64,000 bases of DNA from Candidatus Bathyarchaeota archaeon. GTDB lineage: Archaea > Thermoproteota > Bathyarchaeia > Bathyarchaeales > Bathycorpusculaceae. Position 1 is the stretch's first letter, and the number at the start of each line of letters is the position of its first letter. Both the position numbers and the translations under genes were made by a program. The DNA is taken from positions 640,001 through 704,000 of the forward strand of contig OY970176.1 of the NCBI GenBank assembly GCA_963707955.1, read 5' to 3'. Below are positions 1-10,147 of this stretch, piece after piece. Under the pieces are notes generated by a model, which was not told the DNA's origin, did not search any database, and was given only the letters and a program-made list of their open reading frames with translations.

Positions 1-8
1 GTTAACCC

Positions 9-434
9 GTGAGGCTTCTCAAAGACAACAAGGGACAAATGCGCGTCATAGAAGCCTTTTTCGCTTCGATACTTCTGTTTTCAATCTTGACCCTAGTACC
101 GGCACCGAGAAACGCCGGAGACACGAGCGACCAGACCCTTATTTCGATGGGGCAAAATGCTCTGATGACCCTGGACAACAATGGCTACCTGTCAAGATTA
201 ATAGAGAACCAGAGTTGGATCACGCTCAGAGAGTGCATACAATCAGCCTTTCCTCCAACCGTCTGGTTCAACCTTACAGTTTTCGACGAAAACAACACGG
301 CTCTGAACAACATTCCTATAAGCAGCGGTAGCCCTGTCAATGAAGAAATCGTATCTCTGGACTACGTTTGCGTCAGTCAAAGCCCAAACTACAGCATCTA
401 CCTAATTCGCTTGCAACTGGCGGTGGTGAGTTGA
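9..434 (+). CDS. Pilin-like protein with archaeal class III signal peptide
   Basis: N-terminal KG|QM followed by hydrophobic helix (RVIEAFFASILLFSILTLV), fitting a PibD/FlaK-type cleavage motif. Confidence 0.55.
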   Translation: MRLLKDNKGQMRVIEAFFASILLFSILTLVPAPRNAGDTSDQTLISMGQNALMTLDNNGYLSRLIENQSWITLRECIQSAFPPTVWFNLTVFDENNTALNNIPISSGSPVNEEIVSLDYVCVSQSPNYSIYLIRLQLAVVS

Positions 435-435
435 C

Positions 436-1200
436 ATGAATGACAGGAATGGGAACCGACGGAACAGGGGCCAAGCCTTGATAATAACCGCCCTCATCAT
501 AACCCTGATGCTGATGTCAACAGTGTACTACGTCCTTGAAACTGAGAACGAAACGATAAGCATACAGAGCACTGCAGACTCTTACTTCTCAGTCGCAAAG
601 ATCAGCACCAGAAATACGGTCATAAGCGCGCTGGCAAACGTCTCCAACGGCGGAGACACGGAAGCTTTGACGACGAGCCTGGAAGAACTGTCCTCCATGC
701 TGCACGCTCATTCCTACGATGCCGAGTTTGACCTTTCATTTACACCCCTGAACGCCACGCCCTACCAAGACGGAACGTGGATTTCCTCGGGAGAAGACGG
801 TTCCGGAGTGTCAAGTGCATACGCTTCCTTCGTCATTAACGTCTTAGGGTCCTCCGAAAACTACTCCTCAACGTACGAAACGAACGTAACCACGTCCCTG
901 TACGTCAACGGAACGTACACGGTGGAAGGCAGCGAGGAAACCGTGAACGTGACGTGCACGGTCTACGACGAAAACGGGCCGACCCTCGCGAACAGAATTG
1001 CGATATTCTATCAGAACCAGACGGATGAATCATGGTTGAGCGTTGATCAGCAAAACAACCTTACAACAGTCGACTTTGGTAACGGCACGTACGACATTTC
1101 CTTCTCAGCTTATTCTCAAGGACCAGTGAACGTTTCAGTCCAGATCAACGATCTGCGAGACATATTCGTCATGGCAAACGCAACGTGCGTTCAAGTCTAG
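436..1200 (+). CDS. Pilin-like/secreted protein with class III signal peptide and Ig-like C-terminus
   Basis: RNRG|QALIITALIITLMLM; many N-x-S/T sequons; beta-rich C-terminus; starts 1 nt after the previous stop. Confidence 0.55.
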   Translation: MNDRNGNRRNRGQALIITALIITLMLMSTVYYVLETENETISIQSTADSYFSVAKISTRNTVISALANVSNGGDTEALTTSLEELSSMLHAHSYDAEFDLSFTPLNATPYQDGTWISSGEDGSGVSSAYASFVINVLGSSENYSSTYETNVTTSLYVNGTYTVEGSEETVNVTCTVYDENGPTLANRIAIFYQNQTDESWLSVDQQNNLTTVDFGNGTYDISFSAYSQGPVNVSVQINDLRDIFVMANATCVQV

Positions 1201-1230
1201 ATCAGAAAGACCGCCGATTACCGCGCGCGC

Positions 1231-1900
1231 TAACTCGACGGTAGAAGGAGAATGCGAATTCTGGCTCTTCAAAATAGACAAAGAAGGAACCTAGCTGTGG
1301 AATAAAACATACGGCGAGTCAGAAAGCAAGAAAGCCCTCGCACTGGCAAAAGCAGGTGACGGGTATCTAATCGTCGGCGACACGTATCTATCCTCAGGAG
1401 CTGTCAACGCTCTAATGGTCAAGACAGATCTGGATGGGAACCGCCTATGGCAGAAGACTTTTGGTGGAGACGTATTCGACAGCCCCACCGACGTGATTCG
1501 TCTAAGTTCAGGCGGATACGCCATCACGGGGTTCACGTTCTCTTGGGGCAATGGCCAAAGAGATTTTTGGCTGTTCAAAAATGACGAGTCTGGAAACATT
1601 CTGTGGAGTTGCACCCAAGGTAGAGAAAACTTTGAAGAAACCTACTACGTTTACGAAGTTGGCGAATCAGAATTTGTCTTGATTGGATGGACAAACTCGA
1701 TTGGGAATGGTCTTTACGACGTTTACGCCGTGAAAATCAAAGTCGAACCACAAAGCAACGATTTTCTGACAAACGTCCTCCCCTACGCAGTCGGTGGGTA
1801 AGTTGCAATCGCCATTTTATCCGTGGGGTTTCTAGGGCTACGTTTCAATAGGAGGAGAAAGGTTAAGGCCGACAGGAAAACACGCAAAAAGCAGTGGGAT
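1231..1900 (+). pseudogene. Remnant of a membrane-anchored beta-propeller repeat protein
   Basis: Repeats of the type FWLFKID..G..LW.KT(Y/F)GG in one frame; in-frame TAG at 1292-1294; TAA at 1799-1801 inside the C-terminal TM helix (VGG*VAIAILSVGFLGLRFNRRRK); no 5' start. Confidence 0.7.
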
Positions 1901-1909
1901 CGAGATCTG

Positions 1910-2836
1910 TCAATTTGACCGTCTTACGCAGATTTCGTGGACTGTTTTTCCTGTTTCAAGAAGTTTTGACAGAAGTGTCTGCAAAGTCAAGACGAAAGCG
2001 TTGTAGTTTGTCCACAGAGCCACTGTCTTCGATTTCTTCTTGTCGGAATCCTCGCCAGACACGTCGTTCTCTTCAACCGCTATCAACAGTTCTTTCCTGT
2101 CTGAAATCATGAAGCAAGGCAAGTCTTCAGCGTCTACTATACGATAATTCTGTTGTGGCCACTTCATCTGTTCAAGGAAGAATTTGCTTTTCGGCGAGTT
2201 CTCTGTCAGCAACGTGACGTTCAATTTGCTTAAATGCTTCGCGAGTTTGTCAGTGAAGTCGCCGTGATACAACTGTGACAAATAATCGCTGGGAACGAAG
2301 ATCTGAAACTCGTTTTTTGACCTCTCCAAGAGTTCGTTGGCCTTGAGGAGTATCTGCTGCCCGCCCTCAAGGATCTGGAAGATCTGTTTCTTGACTTTTT
2401 CAACTTTCGGCTGTGGCATTGACTGCCAGATGTTGACGAGTCCCGCCTTTTCCTTTTCTAGAAGTTGAATTTTCATTTTCTCTGCTTCAATCAGAAGATC
2501 AATCGCCTTGTCCAAAGGAACCGCTGTGAACTTCAAAGGTTTTTCGAAGACTGAGAATACGATGCCCTTCTTTTCCAAGTCCCGCAGTATCCTGTAAGTC
2601 TCGGTTCTGTGAAGAGAAATAGATTCTGCGACCTCTCCTGCTTTTCTTTCCCCGAAGCGTGCAAGGTAAAGGTACACTCGGATCTCGTTCTTCAGGAGTC
2701 CATATCTTGAAAGCGTTTCCTCAATCATCATCAACTGTCCGCTGACGCCCTTGTCTCTTTTTATGAACTTCCATACCTCGCTCTTGTCGTCATAGACTCT
2801 AACGAGATCGTCGGTTTGTTCCAATGCCAATTTCAT
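1910..2836 (-). CDS. TrmB-family transcriptional regulator
   Basis: N-terminal TrmB wHTH (YGLLKNEIRVYLYL...HRTETYRILRDLEKKGIV...KPLKFTAV) plus effector domain (FMISDRKELL, ALWTN). Confidence 0.85.
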   Translation of the reverse strand: MKLALEQTDDLVRVYDDKSEVWKFIKRDKGVSGQLMMIEETLSRYGLLKNEIRVYLYLARFGERKAGEVAESISLHRTETYRILRDLEKKGIVFSVFEKPLKFTAVPLDKAIDLLIEAEKMKIQLLEKEKAGLVNIWQSMPQPKVEKVKKQIFQILEGGQQILLKANELLERSKNEFQIFVPSDYLSQLYHGDFTDKLAKHLSKLNVTLLTENSPKSKFFLEQMKWPQQNYRIVDAEDLPCFMISDRKELLIAVEENDVSGEDSDKKKSKTVALWTNYNAFVLTLQTLLSKLLETGKTVHEICVRRSN

Positions 2837-2968
2837 TCAAGTGTTCTCCTGTCGGCCTTCTCGGGGGAACCGAGGCTTCCGAATTTGGATTGACTATATA
2901 TTTCATCGTTACGACTTCAAAATCTGAATTAGTAATTCAGGTTCCAGCCACGGCGACAAGACTAAATC

Positions 2969-4690
2969 CTACCTTTCAAGCGCCGACGCTGAAGCATCAG
3001 TGTAAATCTTTGAAAACCGGTTTATCAGATCCTTCTGGGAATAAACCGGAGAACTCAACCTAAACAAGTCGCCCATTCTCTCGGTCTCGACTCCTATTCC
3101 AATAACGATTATTCCTTTCTTCTGCACCGACTCGATACTTTCCTTCAAGGCATCCGACATGTTCTCATAGCCGTAAGGCCAACCGTCAGAAATGACGATT
3201 AGGAATCGTTGTTCGTCATACCTTTTTGTCAATATCTGACCGCCAACTTGGATAGCGTCAGGCATGTACGTCAGTCCCTCAAACCTGAGCCCGCCGATTC
3301 TAGCCCTTACCTTCTGAGTGTAAGCTTCTGAAGCATCTTTCAACACGTAGAAACGGTCACTAAAAGCAGACAGTGTCCAAGAACCAGGATCCATTAAGAG
3401 CTCCTTCGTAGCTTCTGCCACAACTATCGCGAGCGCTCTGGCGAAATCGGCCTTCAGTTTCATGCTTGCGCTCGCATCAAACAGTATGGACCAAGCAAAA
3501 CTCTTGCTTAAATATTCGTCTTTAAAGAAGACGTCTGTGGCCGGCTTTTTGCTCAAGATTGCCTGAATGACCGAAGTGAGATCCAGCTGACCCATTTCTT
3601 TTCCAGGGTCCTCGTCCAACGCGTCCTGAGCAACCCTCAGACTGTCCAAGAGTCGTCGACTTCCCCCCGCTAGCAGAGTTCGTGTCCTCAGATACTGCGT
3701 GTAATCTTCCTCGGGAAAACTGATGGACTTGAAGTTTGTTCCTGCCGCGTACGGATTGAGTTTCAGCAGGATCTTTTCCTCTCGATCTCTCTCGTGAACC
3801 TCTGAATCAAAAGCCTGCAAGGCTTCAATGTCCGTTTCTTTCTTCCAATACGATTCCATCGATCCCTCCACGGGATGCGTGCAGCCGAGATTCTCAAGAG
3901 ATTTTCTGAATATGCTTTCCGTCTCAGTTTCAGATGGCATTTCACGATTGAGAAAGACGCTGCACGGGCCTATGTTTTCAGTGTAGGGCAGCGAGGGAGC
4001 CTCGAGAAAAGGACCATATGGCTCTAGCTCTTCGGCGATGTTCTGAGCAGCTTCAGTCATTGCTGCTGTAAGATCAATCTGCTTGTCTGAAAATGAAGTG
4101 AATATGGTTTTTTTCAATGCGCCGAGAATCATGTTGAGGCGATTCAGTGTCTTCTTCTCGTCAAATGAAACATCGCCCTTAACGATTCCTATGCTGAATC
4201 TAGCCAAAAGAGCAGCCATTATCTTCGTCGCGGGACTGAAAATTCTTTCAACAGACTTCATTCTAGCAAATGCGAGTGAATTGGCATAGGCAAGGTCAGG
4301 CAGTCTGTCTGGATAGAGTGCAGAGATGTACGCGTTCACGAAGAGATCGCCAACAATAGATTCTGAGAAGCAATCCAGAATTGGCCCGTTCGATGCGAGT
4401 AGCGCTATTTTTCCGCTGGATATTGGGGCCAAAGTGTGCGTCGTCAAGTGAAAAGCAGAGGCCCTGAACAGACGTCCAACCTTGGTTTTTCCCAGTTGGT
4501 CTCTTGGGAATTCGTAGTTCAGAAAGGACATCTTCTCTTCGTCGATTATGCGTGGCACTGGTAGGTTGATTGTGAACCCTGCCGTGTCCAACGTGAACCT
4601 GGGCTGTTCAAGGCTTGTGTCCATGTGAAGTCTTACTTTCAGATCATCTTTTTGAACAGACAGAGTCCAGGCGTATTCTTGGAAACCCAT
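2969..4690 (-). CDS. VWA-domain protein (CbbO/NorD-like MoxR partner)
   Basis: C-terminal MIDAS motif DASAS, T(YMPDA), VISDGWP, IGIGV; directly downstream of MoxR ATPase. Confidence 0.85.
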   Translation of the reverse strand: MGFQEYAWTLSVQKDDLKVRLHMDTSLEQPRFTLDTAGFTINLPVPRIIDEEKMSFLNYEFPRDQLGKTKVGRLFRASAFHLTTHTLAPISSGKIALLASNGPILDCFSESIVGDLFVNAYISALYPDRLPDLAYANSLAFARMKSVERIFSPATKIMAALLARFSIGIVKGDVSFDEKKTLNRLNMILGALKKTIFTSFSDKQIDLTAAMTEAAQNIAEELEPYGPFLEAPSLPYTENIGPCSVFLNREMPSETETESIFRKSLENLGCTHPVEGSMESYWKKETDIEALQAFDSEVHERDREEKILLKLNPYAAGTNFKSISFPEEDYTQYLRTRTLLAGGSRRLLDSLRVAQDALDEDPGKEMGQLDLTSVIQAILSKKPATDVFFKDEYLSKSFAWSILFDASASMKLKADFARALAIVVAEATKELLMDPGSWTLSAFSDRFYVLKDASEAYTQKVRARIGGLRFEGLTYMPDAIQVGGQILTKRYDEQRFLIVISDGWPYGYENMSDALKESIESVQKKGIIVIGIGVETERMGDLFRLSSPVYSQKDLINRFSKIYTDASASALER

Positions 4691-4722
4691 AAGCAGATCA
4701 CTAATGTTTCCATTCCCTCAAG

Positions 4723-5787
4723 TCACTGAGACCTAGGAAAGACCGATTCAATGATCCTTCTGACATCGTTCTGAACCTCAACGTTGTCGCTCGTCAAGGC
4801 GATTATCGTCTCTTCAGCAGCAACGTTAGCCGTGTTCCCATCGTGCATTATCGTGGCCCAGTTTATCAGGTCACCGAGAGACGGGCCGTACGGGAGATCG
4901 CCTGCTTTGTATTGTCTTCGCAGTTCAGCACCCACTTGGACAACTTTGTAAGCAATGTCTTCATCAACCTTGGCTCTTTTCATGAGCATCTTCACCTCAA
5001 GAGGGGATATTTTTTCACCTACACTGGTATAATCAAAGTTTATCCAAACTGCCATTCTCCGTCTCATGGCAGCGTTCAAAGGTTTGGTTCCCGCGAACTC
5101 GGCTGAGTATGGGTTCATGCTGATGATCAAGTACCCGTATTTATGCCTCTCAATCACCTCGTTGTCTTTCTCGTTCAGAACGAGGTGACCTCTCGTGTCG
5201 AGCACCGGGTTAAGCCTCGTAGCAACATCCTGTTTCATCATGTTTGCCTCGTCAAGGTACATTATTCCGCCGAGTCTAAGCCACTGTGTGAGTAATCCGT
5301 CAATCCAGTTCTCCTTTCCTAAACCAATGAAGCGTCCAATTAGGTCATAAGAGGACGTTTGGAGACCGCAGTTCACTTCCCATATGGGCAACCCGCAGAG
5401 TTCGGCGACGAGGTAGACTATGTGTGTCTTGCCGGTTCCTGAGGGTCCGATTAAGGAACATTGTTTAAAGTAGTAAAGTGCACGCACTATGCGTTCCACG
5501 TAGTGTTGCCCACTGTCAATGAATTCGGGAGTATTCTTGGGAATCATGTCGTCCAGATGTTGGAAACTGTAATTCGGATGAAGATCGTACCTTTGAATCT
5601 CGTACTTGTCATAAAGCGGAGACTTGGACATCGAACGCTCCTTGTTCAGAGACACTGTAACTCTGAACCTGTCACGCCTGAGAGACGTTACCTCTTGTTC
5701 TCTACTGGCTTCTGCCTCGTCCTTTAGGCCCTGATGTCCATAACTCAAGAGAAGGTCGCCCTTGCAATAGTATAGATTTGGGAACAA
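4723..5787 (-). CDS. MoxR-family AAA+ ATPase (CbbQ/NirQ/NorQ/GvpN type)
   Basis: Walker A GPSGTGKT, Walker B YLDEAN, SMNP, LNAAMRRR; true start probably downstream of the ORF start. Confidence 0.9.
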   Translation of the reverse strand: MFPNLYYCKGDLLLSYGHQGLKDEAEASREQEVTSLRRDRFRVTVSLNKERSMSKSPLYDKYEIQRYDLHPNYSFQHLDDMIPKNTPEFIDSGQHYVERIVRALYYFKQCSLIGPSGTGKTHIVYLVAELCGLPIWEVNCGLQTSSYDLIGRFIGLGKENWIDGLLTQWLRLGGIMYLDEANMMKQDVATRLNPVLDTRGHLVLNEKDNEVIERHKYGYLIISMNPYSAEFAGTKPLNAAMRRRMAVWINFDYTSVGEKISPLEVKMLMKRAKVDEDIAYKVVQVGAELRRQYKAGDLPYGPSLGDLINWATIMHDGNTANVAAEETIIALTSDNVEVQNDVRRIIESVFPRSQ

Positions 5788-5877
5788 GATATAAATATTA
5801 CGTATTAAGACTTGCGATAGTCTCTCCTATTGCAAACACGTTTTTGCATCAAAGCATGTTGGACGCCTAAATAATGA

Positions 5878-6477
5878 GTGTGTGTCACAGTCTTCAACAT
5901 ACAAGTACTTTTCTTTTCCAAGCGTGCTAAGCATCGTTTGACCAACATGAGCGAAGGAACTAGCACTGCTGAGCAAGAATTGGGCGTTCAGATCAAAGCA
6001 GACGCTAAATCAGGCAAGAAGCCCCAAGTCTCCATCCAAGACTTAGTTGACTCGCTCAAGAGCGTGCAAGATGACATTGGCCAAATCAGTGAACTGACAT
6101 CTGAAGAAGAACTGCTAACCGCCGAGTTCTTCGCTTCACTCTTAAGACTCATGCGGCCGTTTACTTCATCAATACAGGTCTCAACCTCTATTCTCCCAGA
6201 AGAAATGGGAACGGTTGCTCAAGCAAGCCTCGATGAGACGGGCCAACTTACTCTGTTGTACGAGGATGGACGAATGGAACTGAAGAACCTGAGTGAACAG
6301 AGATATCGTGACCTGATGATCACTGTCATCGAAGACGTAATGCCAAAATTCAAACAGCTGACTGGCGCTCAGAAACGAAAAGTCGAGAGCAGAATCAAAT
6401 TCCTATCTGCAATCACGAAAGAGATGCAGAAAATATCCAAAGTGCTCTTGCCTACGTCGTCAGGATCGCAGAAATGA
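5878..6477 (+). CDS. Hypothetical helical/coiled-coil protein (likely start ATG 5948)
   Basis: Long ORF with heptad-like segments, divergent from MoxR. Confidence 0.65.
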   Translation: MCVTVFNIQVLFFSKRAKHRLTNMSEGTSTAEQELGVQIKADAKSGKKPQVSIQDLVDSLKSVQDDIGQISELTSEEELLTAEFFASLLRLMRPFTSSIQVSTSILPEEMGTVAQASLDETGQLTLLYEDGRMELKNLSEQRYRDLMITVIEDVMPKFKQLTGAQKRKVESRIKFLSAITKEMQKISKVLLPTSSGSQK

Positions 6478-6768
6478 AGCCTCATTGTTCGCGATTCAAG
6501 AATGAAATCATTGTTAATCAACCTTTTCTTCTATCGAATTTTCATCGAACTTCAACGGCCCCGTGCTCAAGAATAGATAGGCCTTCTGGCGAGAACTATG
6601 AGCGAGCTGTTTCGAGTGTCAAATCCGTACGTAGCAAATATGATATACAAATTCTATTATGGCAAGAAGCATCTCATTTCTCATGGAGAAGCAGTGCAAG
6701 ACTTAGAAGCAGCCATCCTGTCGAGTCGCACCCTCGGGAAATTCAGGCTGGCTGCATGAGAAGCACTA

Positions 6769-7356
6769 GTGAGGTGTAACGTGATGGGAACAGAGATCAG
6801 AACATTCAGCACTCTGAAGGAAATGAATGATTACGTGACAGACCAGATCAGTCAGTACCGAGCCTTGTTCGAAGACTACAGTCAATGGCTCGGCTCCTTG
6901 CTTCGCAGTTGCGAGGACAACTGTAAGAGTGAAGAGTGGTATCAGAAATCTGCGGCCATGCAAAAGAACCTTCGAGCAGGTCCGAAGAAGATGACAGAAG
7001 CTCAAAACGGTAGGAAAGGTGGAGGTGGAAAAGGCAAGAACTCTACAGATTCTTGCTGGGTTCATTCCGGAGACATACTGCTCTGTTCGACTGAGCAAGG
7101 TCAGGCTGAAATTCTCTTTGAAGCCGTTGAGCAGATCGGCATTGCAATCCAGGGTTTAGAGAAGTTCAAGGCTGGAATCCAGCAGCTTGAACGAATTGGA
7201 TTTGGAAAGAACGTCAACTACATAACCCTGATCAAAGATGACATCCCAACTAAAATAGTCGTCCGGGAAAAGAGCAACACTCAAGGCAACGAAAGCTTCA
7301 GTTTTGCGACGGACATTTCGGTTTCAGCCTTGTTCAGCGAGGTAGACGCGGAATAA
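6769..7356 (+). CDS. Hypothetical coiled-coil hairpin protein
   Basis: ORF with two long amphipathic helices and terminal beta-strands (TFSTLKEM...YITLIKDDIPTKIVVR). Confidence 0.65.
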   Translation: MRCNVMGTEIRTFSTLKEMNDYVTDQISQYRALFEDYSQWLGSLLRSCEDNCKSEEWYQKSAAMQKNLRAGPKKMTEAQNGRKGGGGKGKNSTDSCWVHSGDILLCSTEQGQAEILFEAVEQIGIAIQGLEKFKAGIQQLERIGFGKNVNYITLIKDDIPTKIVVREKSNTQGNESFSFATDISVSALFSEVDAE

Positions 7357-7482
7357 GACAAACGCTTGGACTATTTGCCGTTGAAAGCACAGGTACATCT
7401 GGAAAAGTTATATACGAAGAACAGCTGAAAAAGTGTAGGGGAATTAACCATCTGCCCGAAATATTCTGTTTCCGGCGTAATA

Positions 7483-7959
7483 GTGACAATTCGCCTGGAT
7501 AGTGTACAAGCAGAAAGAACAGCTCAGCGTGTCTCATCTGAAGAACTCTTTTTCGATATCAACGCGAAACTTGAGGAACAGAAGAAGGGCAGTGATCAAG
7601 CCGTGCTGTCTTTTGAGCTTACCATAACGACGAAGCCCAATGTCGTGAAGTACACTGTGATGGGCACTGTCACTTTGGAAGGCAGCACGCTGGACATTAA
7701 GAAAAGACTGGAAGTAAACCCCAAGACCAAGATTCCCCAAATTCTGTTCACAGTCTACCAGCACGTTTTCAGCTCCATCTACATACTCTCCTCGATACTG
7801 AACACGCCTTATCCGCCCCCGGATCTTCTTCATCCCATGCAAGAAAAGATTCAGATCCTCCCTGCAACCAGCAAGAATGAAGACATGCAAGCGGCGAAAG
7901 TGCAGGAGACGCCCGCGGAGAAGCCACCTGCGCAGACAACGACCGCTCCCCCCGCATAA
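7483..7959 (+). CDS. Hypothetical protein, possibly SecB-like fold
   Basis: Four beta-strand-like segments, then a helix ending in PYPPP; low-complexity tail. Confidence 0.55.
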   Translation: MTIRLDSVQAERTAQRVSSEELFFDINAKLEEQKKGSDQAVLSFELTITTKPNVVKYTVMGTVTLEGSTLDIKKRLEVNPKTKIPQILFTVYQHVFSSIYILSSILNTPYPPPDLLHPMQEKIQILPATSKNEDMQAAKVQETPAEKPPAQTTTAPPA

Positions 7960-8141
7960 ACGTGGAAAAGAGTTTTGACTCATGAAGAGAAGGGCAGGAC
8001 AAACTTAGTTCTGGTTTTGATTGAGAATTCATAACTGATTTATTCGGCGAGCACTCAGCGTTAGCCAAGAGGAACCTTGTTGCAAGCGCACTCCGAGTTA
8101 ACGTGCAGAGACAAGAGACGTTCCTTTGAAGATGATGATGA

Positions 8142-9440
8142 TTGAGAATTGCCTTCTTCGTTTGGGAATATCCTCCGGCGCTCGTCGGTGGACTAGGCAC
8201 CTACGCAGAGTACATAACTCGCGAATATGTTTCTATGGGCAACGACGTGACTGTTTTCACCCTCAACCCTGGAAACCTGAAAACGAGAGAGATCATGAAG
8301 GGCGTTGAAGTTCATCGGCCTTTGGTTGCAGATGCGAGTAACGTGTTTCCAATGTTTGTCGTTGACGACTTGAAGAAATGGGGCACAAACATCCGCTTGT
8401 TTAACAACATATTCATCTACAACGTCCTCAGTGCTTCAAAATTCATCAATAGCATGTTGAAAAAAGAAGGGTTGAACTACGATGTCGTCTGCGTTCACGA
8501 CTGGTTAAGCAGCGTTTCAGGATTAATGGTCAAGAACGAAACACAGATACCCGTTGCTTTCCATGTCCACAGCACAGAATGGGGAAGAACCGGGGGACCT
8601 GGCTCAGAAGTGGTATCTCACCTCGAGTGGGCTACATCAGAAAAAGTCGACAAAATAGTGACCGTGAGCCACGCAATGCAGGAAGACCTCGCAAGACATG
8701 GATGGCCAAAATCAAAGATAAGCGTCGTTTGGAACGGTGTAGACCCCGACGAGTACAGCGCGAGCAAGTGCGAACCAGTGGAAGTCGAAGAAATACGCAG
8801 AAAATACGACATAAAACCCGAAGAAAAAATGATCCTTTTCCTGGGAAGACTGACGTGGGTAAAAGGGGTCACGAACCTGGTTCAGGCGATGCCCACCGTG
8901 TTGAGCGAATATCCAAGCGCGAAGCTGGTGATCCTAGGTAAAGGCGAGCAACAGAACGACATACTTGAAACTGCCAGCAGACTCGGAATAAGTGAACGCG
9001 TGGCCTGTCGATTCGAATTCGTTCCTGAAAGGGAGCGCATTCTGCATTACGCCGCTTCAGACGTGTGCATCTTTCCATCGGTCTACGAACCTTTCGGAAT
9101 AGTAAGCTTGGAAGCCATGTCTATGGGCAAACCCATAATCGTCGGAGCTCAAGGCGTAGTGGGATTCAGAGAACAGGTTGTCCCCTTCGGACCAGATCAG
9201 AACGGTGTCCACGTCAACGGTGGAAGTGCAGCTGACATCGCATGGGGAATCAAAGAGGTTCTCTGCGATTCCAACAGGGCCAAGAGATGGGGAGAGAACG
9301 GCAGAAAAAGAGTTCTTCAGTATTTCACGTGGAGAGAAGCCGCAAAACAGACACTGCAGATCTATGAAACTCTTAAACATCCAGAAGAGCAGCAGGAACT
9401 CAGAGTTCTAGACATGGTCGAAAAACTGTCAAAATCGTAA
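8142..9440 (+). CDS. Glycosyltransferase family 4 (glycogen synthase-like)
   Basis: WEYPP..GGLG, HDW, HSTEWGR, GRLTWVKG, EPFGIVSLEAM motifs. Confidence 0.92.
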   Translation: MRIAFFVWEYPPALVGGLGTYAEYITREYVSMGNDVTVFTLNPGNLKTREIMKGVEVHRPLVADASNVFPMFVVDDLKKWGTNIRLFNNIFIYNVLSASKFINSMLKKEGLNYDVVCVHDWLSSVSGLMVKNETQIPVAFHVHSTEWGRTGGPGSEVVSHLEWATSEKVDKIVTVSHAMQEDLARHGWPKSKISVVWNGVDPDEYSASKCEPVEVEEIRRKYDIKPEEKMILFLGRLTWVKGVTNLVQAMPTVLSEYPSAKLVILGKGEQQNDILETASRLGISERVACRFEFVPERERILHYAASDVCIFPSVYEPFGIVSLEAMSMGKPIIVGAQGVVGFREQVVPFGPDQNGVHVNGGSAADIAWGIKEVLCDSNRAKRWGENGRKRVLQYFTWREAAKQTLQIYETLKHPEEQQELRVLDMVEKLSKS

Positions 9441-9497
9441 CACGAACAACTAATGTTTTGTGGTGCACGCCCAAGAAACAGACTCTTTGTTGGCCGT

Positions 9498-9872
9498 CTA
9501 GAATCCGACCATTTTTAGAACGAAAGTCAAGAGCACGTGAACGGCCGCTGCAATACCGAATATGATTAGTACGAGCTTGGGAGAAATCGTGGCAGAGGAG
9601 GACTCTTCGGCCTTTGGTTGGATCTCGTATCCTCTGATTTCATGAGACGTTGAGTCCACTCGGACGACTGCTGAAAACTTTCTCATTTCCACTTCGACAA
9701 CGTACGAGTTTTCTTCGAGTGTGACTCTCTTGGGTTTGAGACCGCTTTTGTTTCCGATCCTCTTGAGAAAGCTGAGCGCTATGTTGGTCACGTTCTCGGC
9801 GTTCAGTGCTTTCGCTTGAGCAGAAGCAGATATGATGGGTCTGATATTCCTGTTCTCCAGCGTTTCGGCCAA
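9498..9872 (-). CDS. Small membrane-anchored hypothetical protein (PepSY-like soluble part)
   Basis: Helix plus beta-meander, then C-terminal TM helix. Confidence 0.6.
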   Translation of the reverse strand: MAETLENRNIRPIISASAQAKALNAENVTNIALSFLKRIGNKSGLKPKRVTLEENSYVVEVEMRKFSAVVRVDSTSHEIRGYEIQPKAEESSSATISPKLVLIIFGIAAAVHVLLTFVLKMVGF

Positions 9873-10147
9873 CTATTCTTTCTCCTCTGACTGTGTGAAG
9901 CAACCTTCATCCATCGAACGTGAGAGAGATGGATGCCAATTCTTCTAGGTTGTTTCTTTTTCAGATGTTGCTACTTACTTCTTGTTGGCATAGAATCGGA
10001 AGCTTAGGTTTATAGTCTTAATGAATCCAGAATAAGTATCACAAATATCTGTTACCATTGGGTGTAAGAAAAGGCGCAGCTTTCGAGAAGAGCCATTGCA
10101 GAGGTGCCACTCGAGTTTTCAATGTGCCTCATCATCTTGTCGGCCAA

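Noticed and set aside
1292-1294. In-frame TAG (also 54484-54486) as pyrrolysine read-through
   Set aside because: Both genes carry other lesions or truncations, and no pyl genes are visible.
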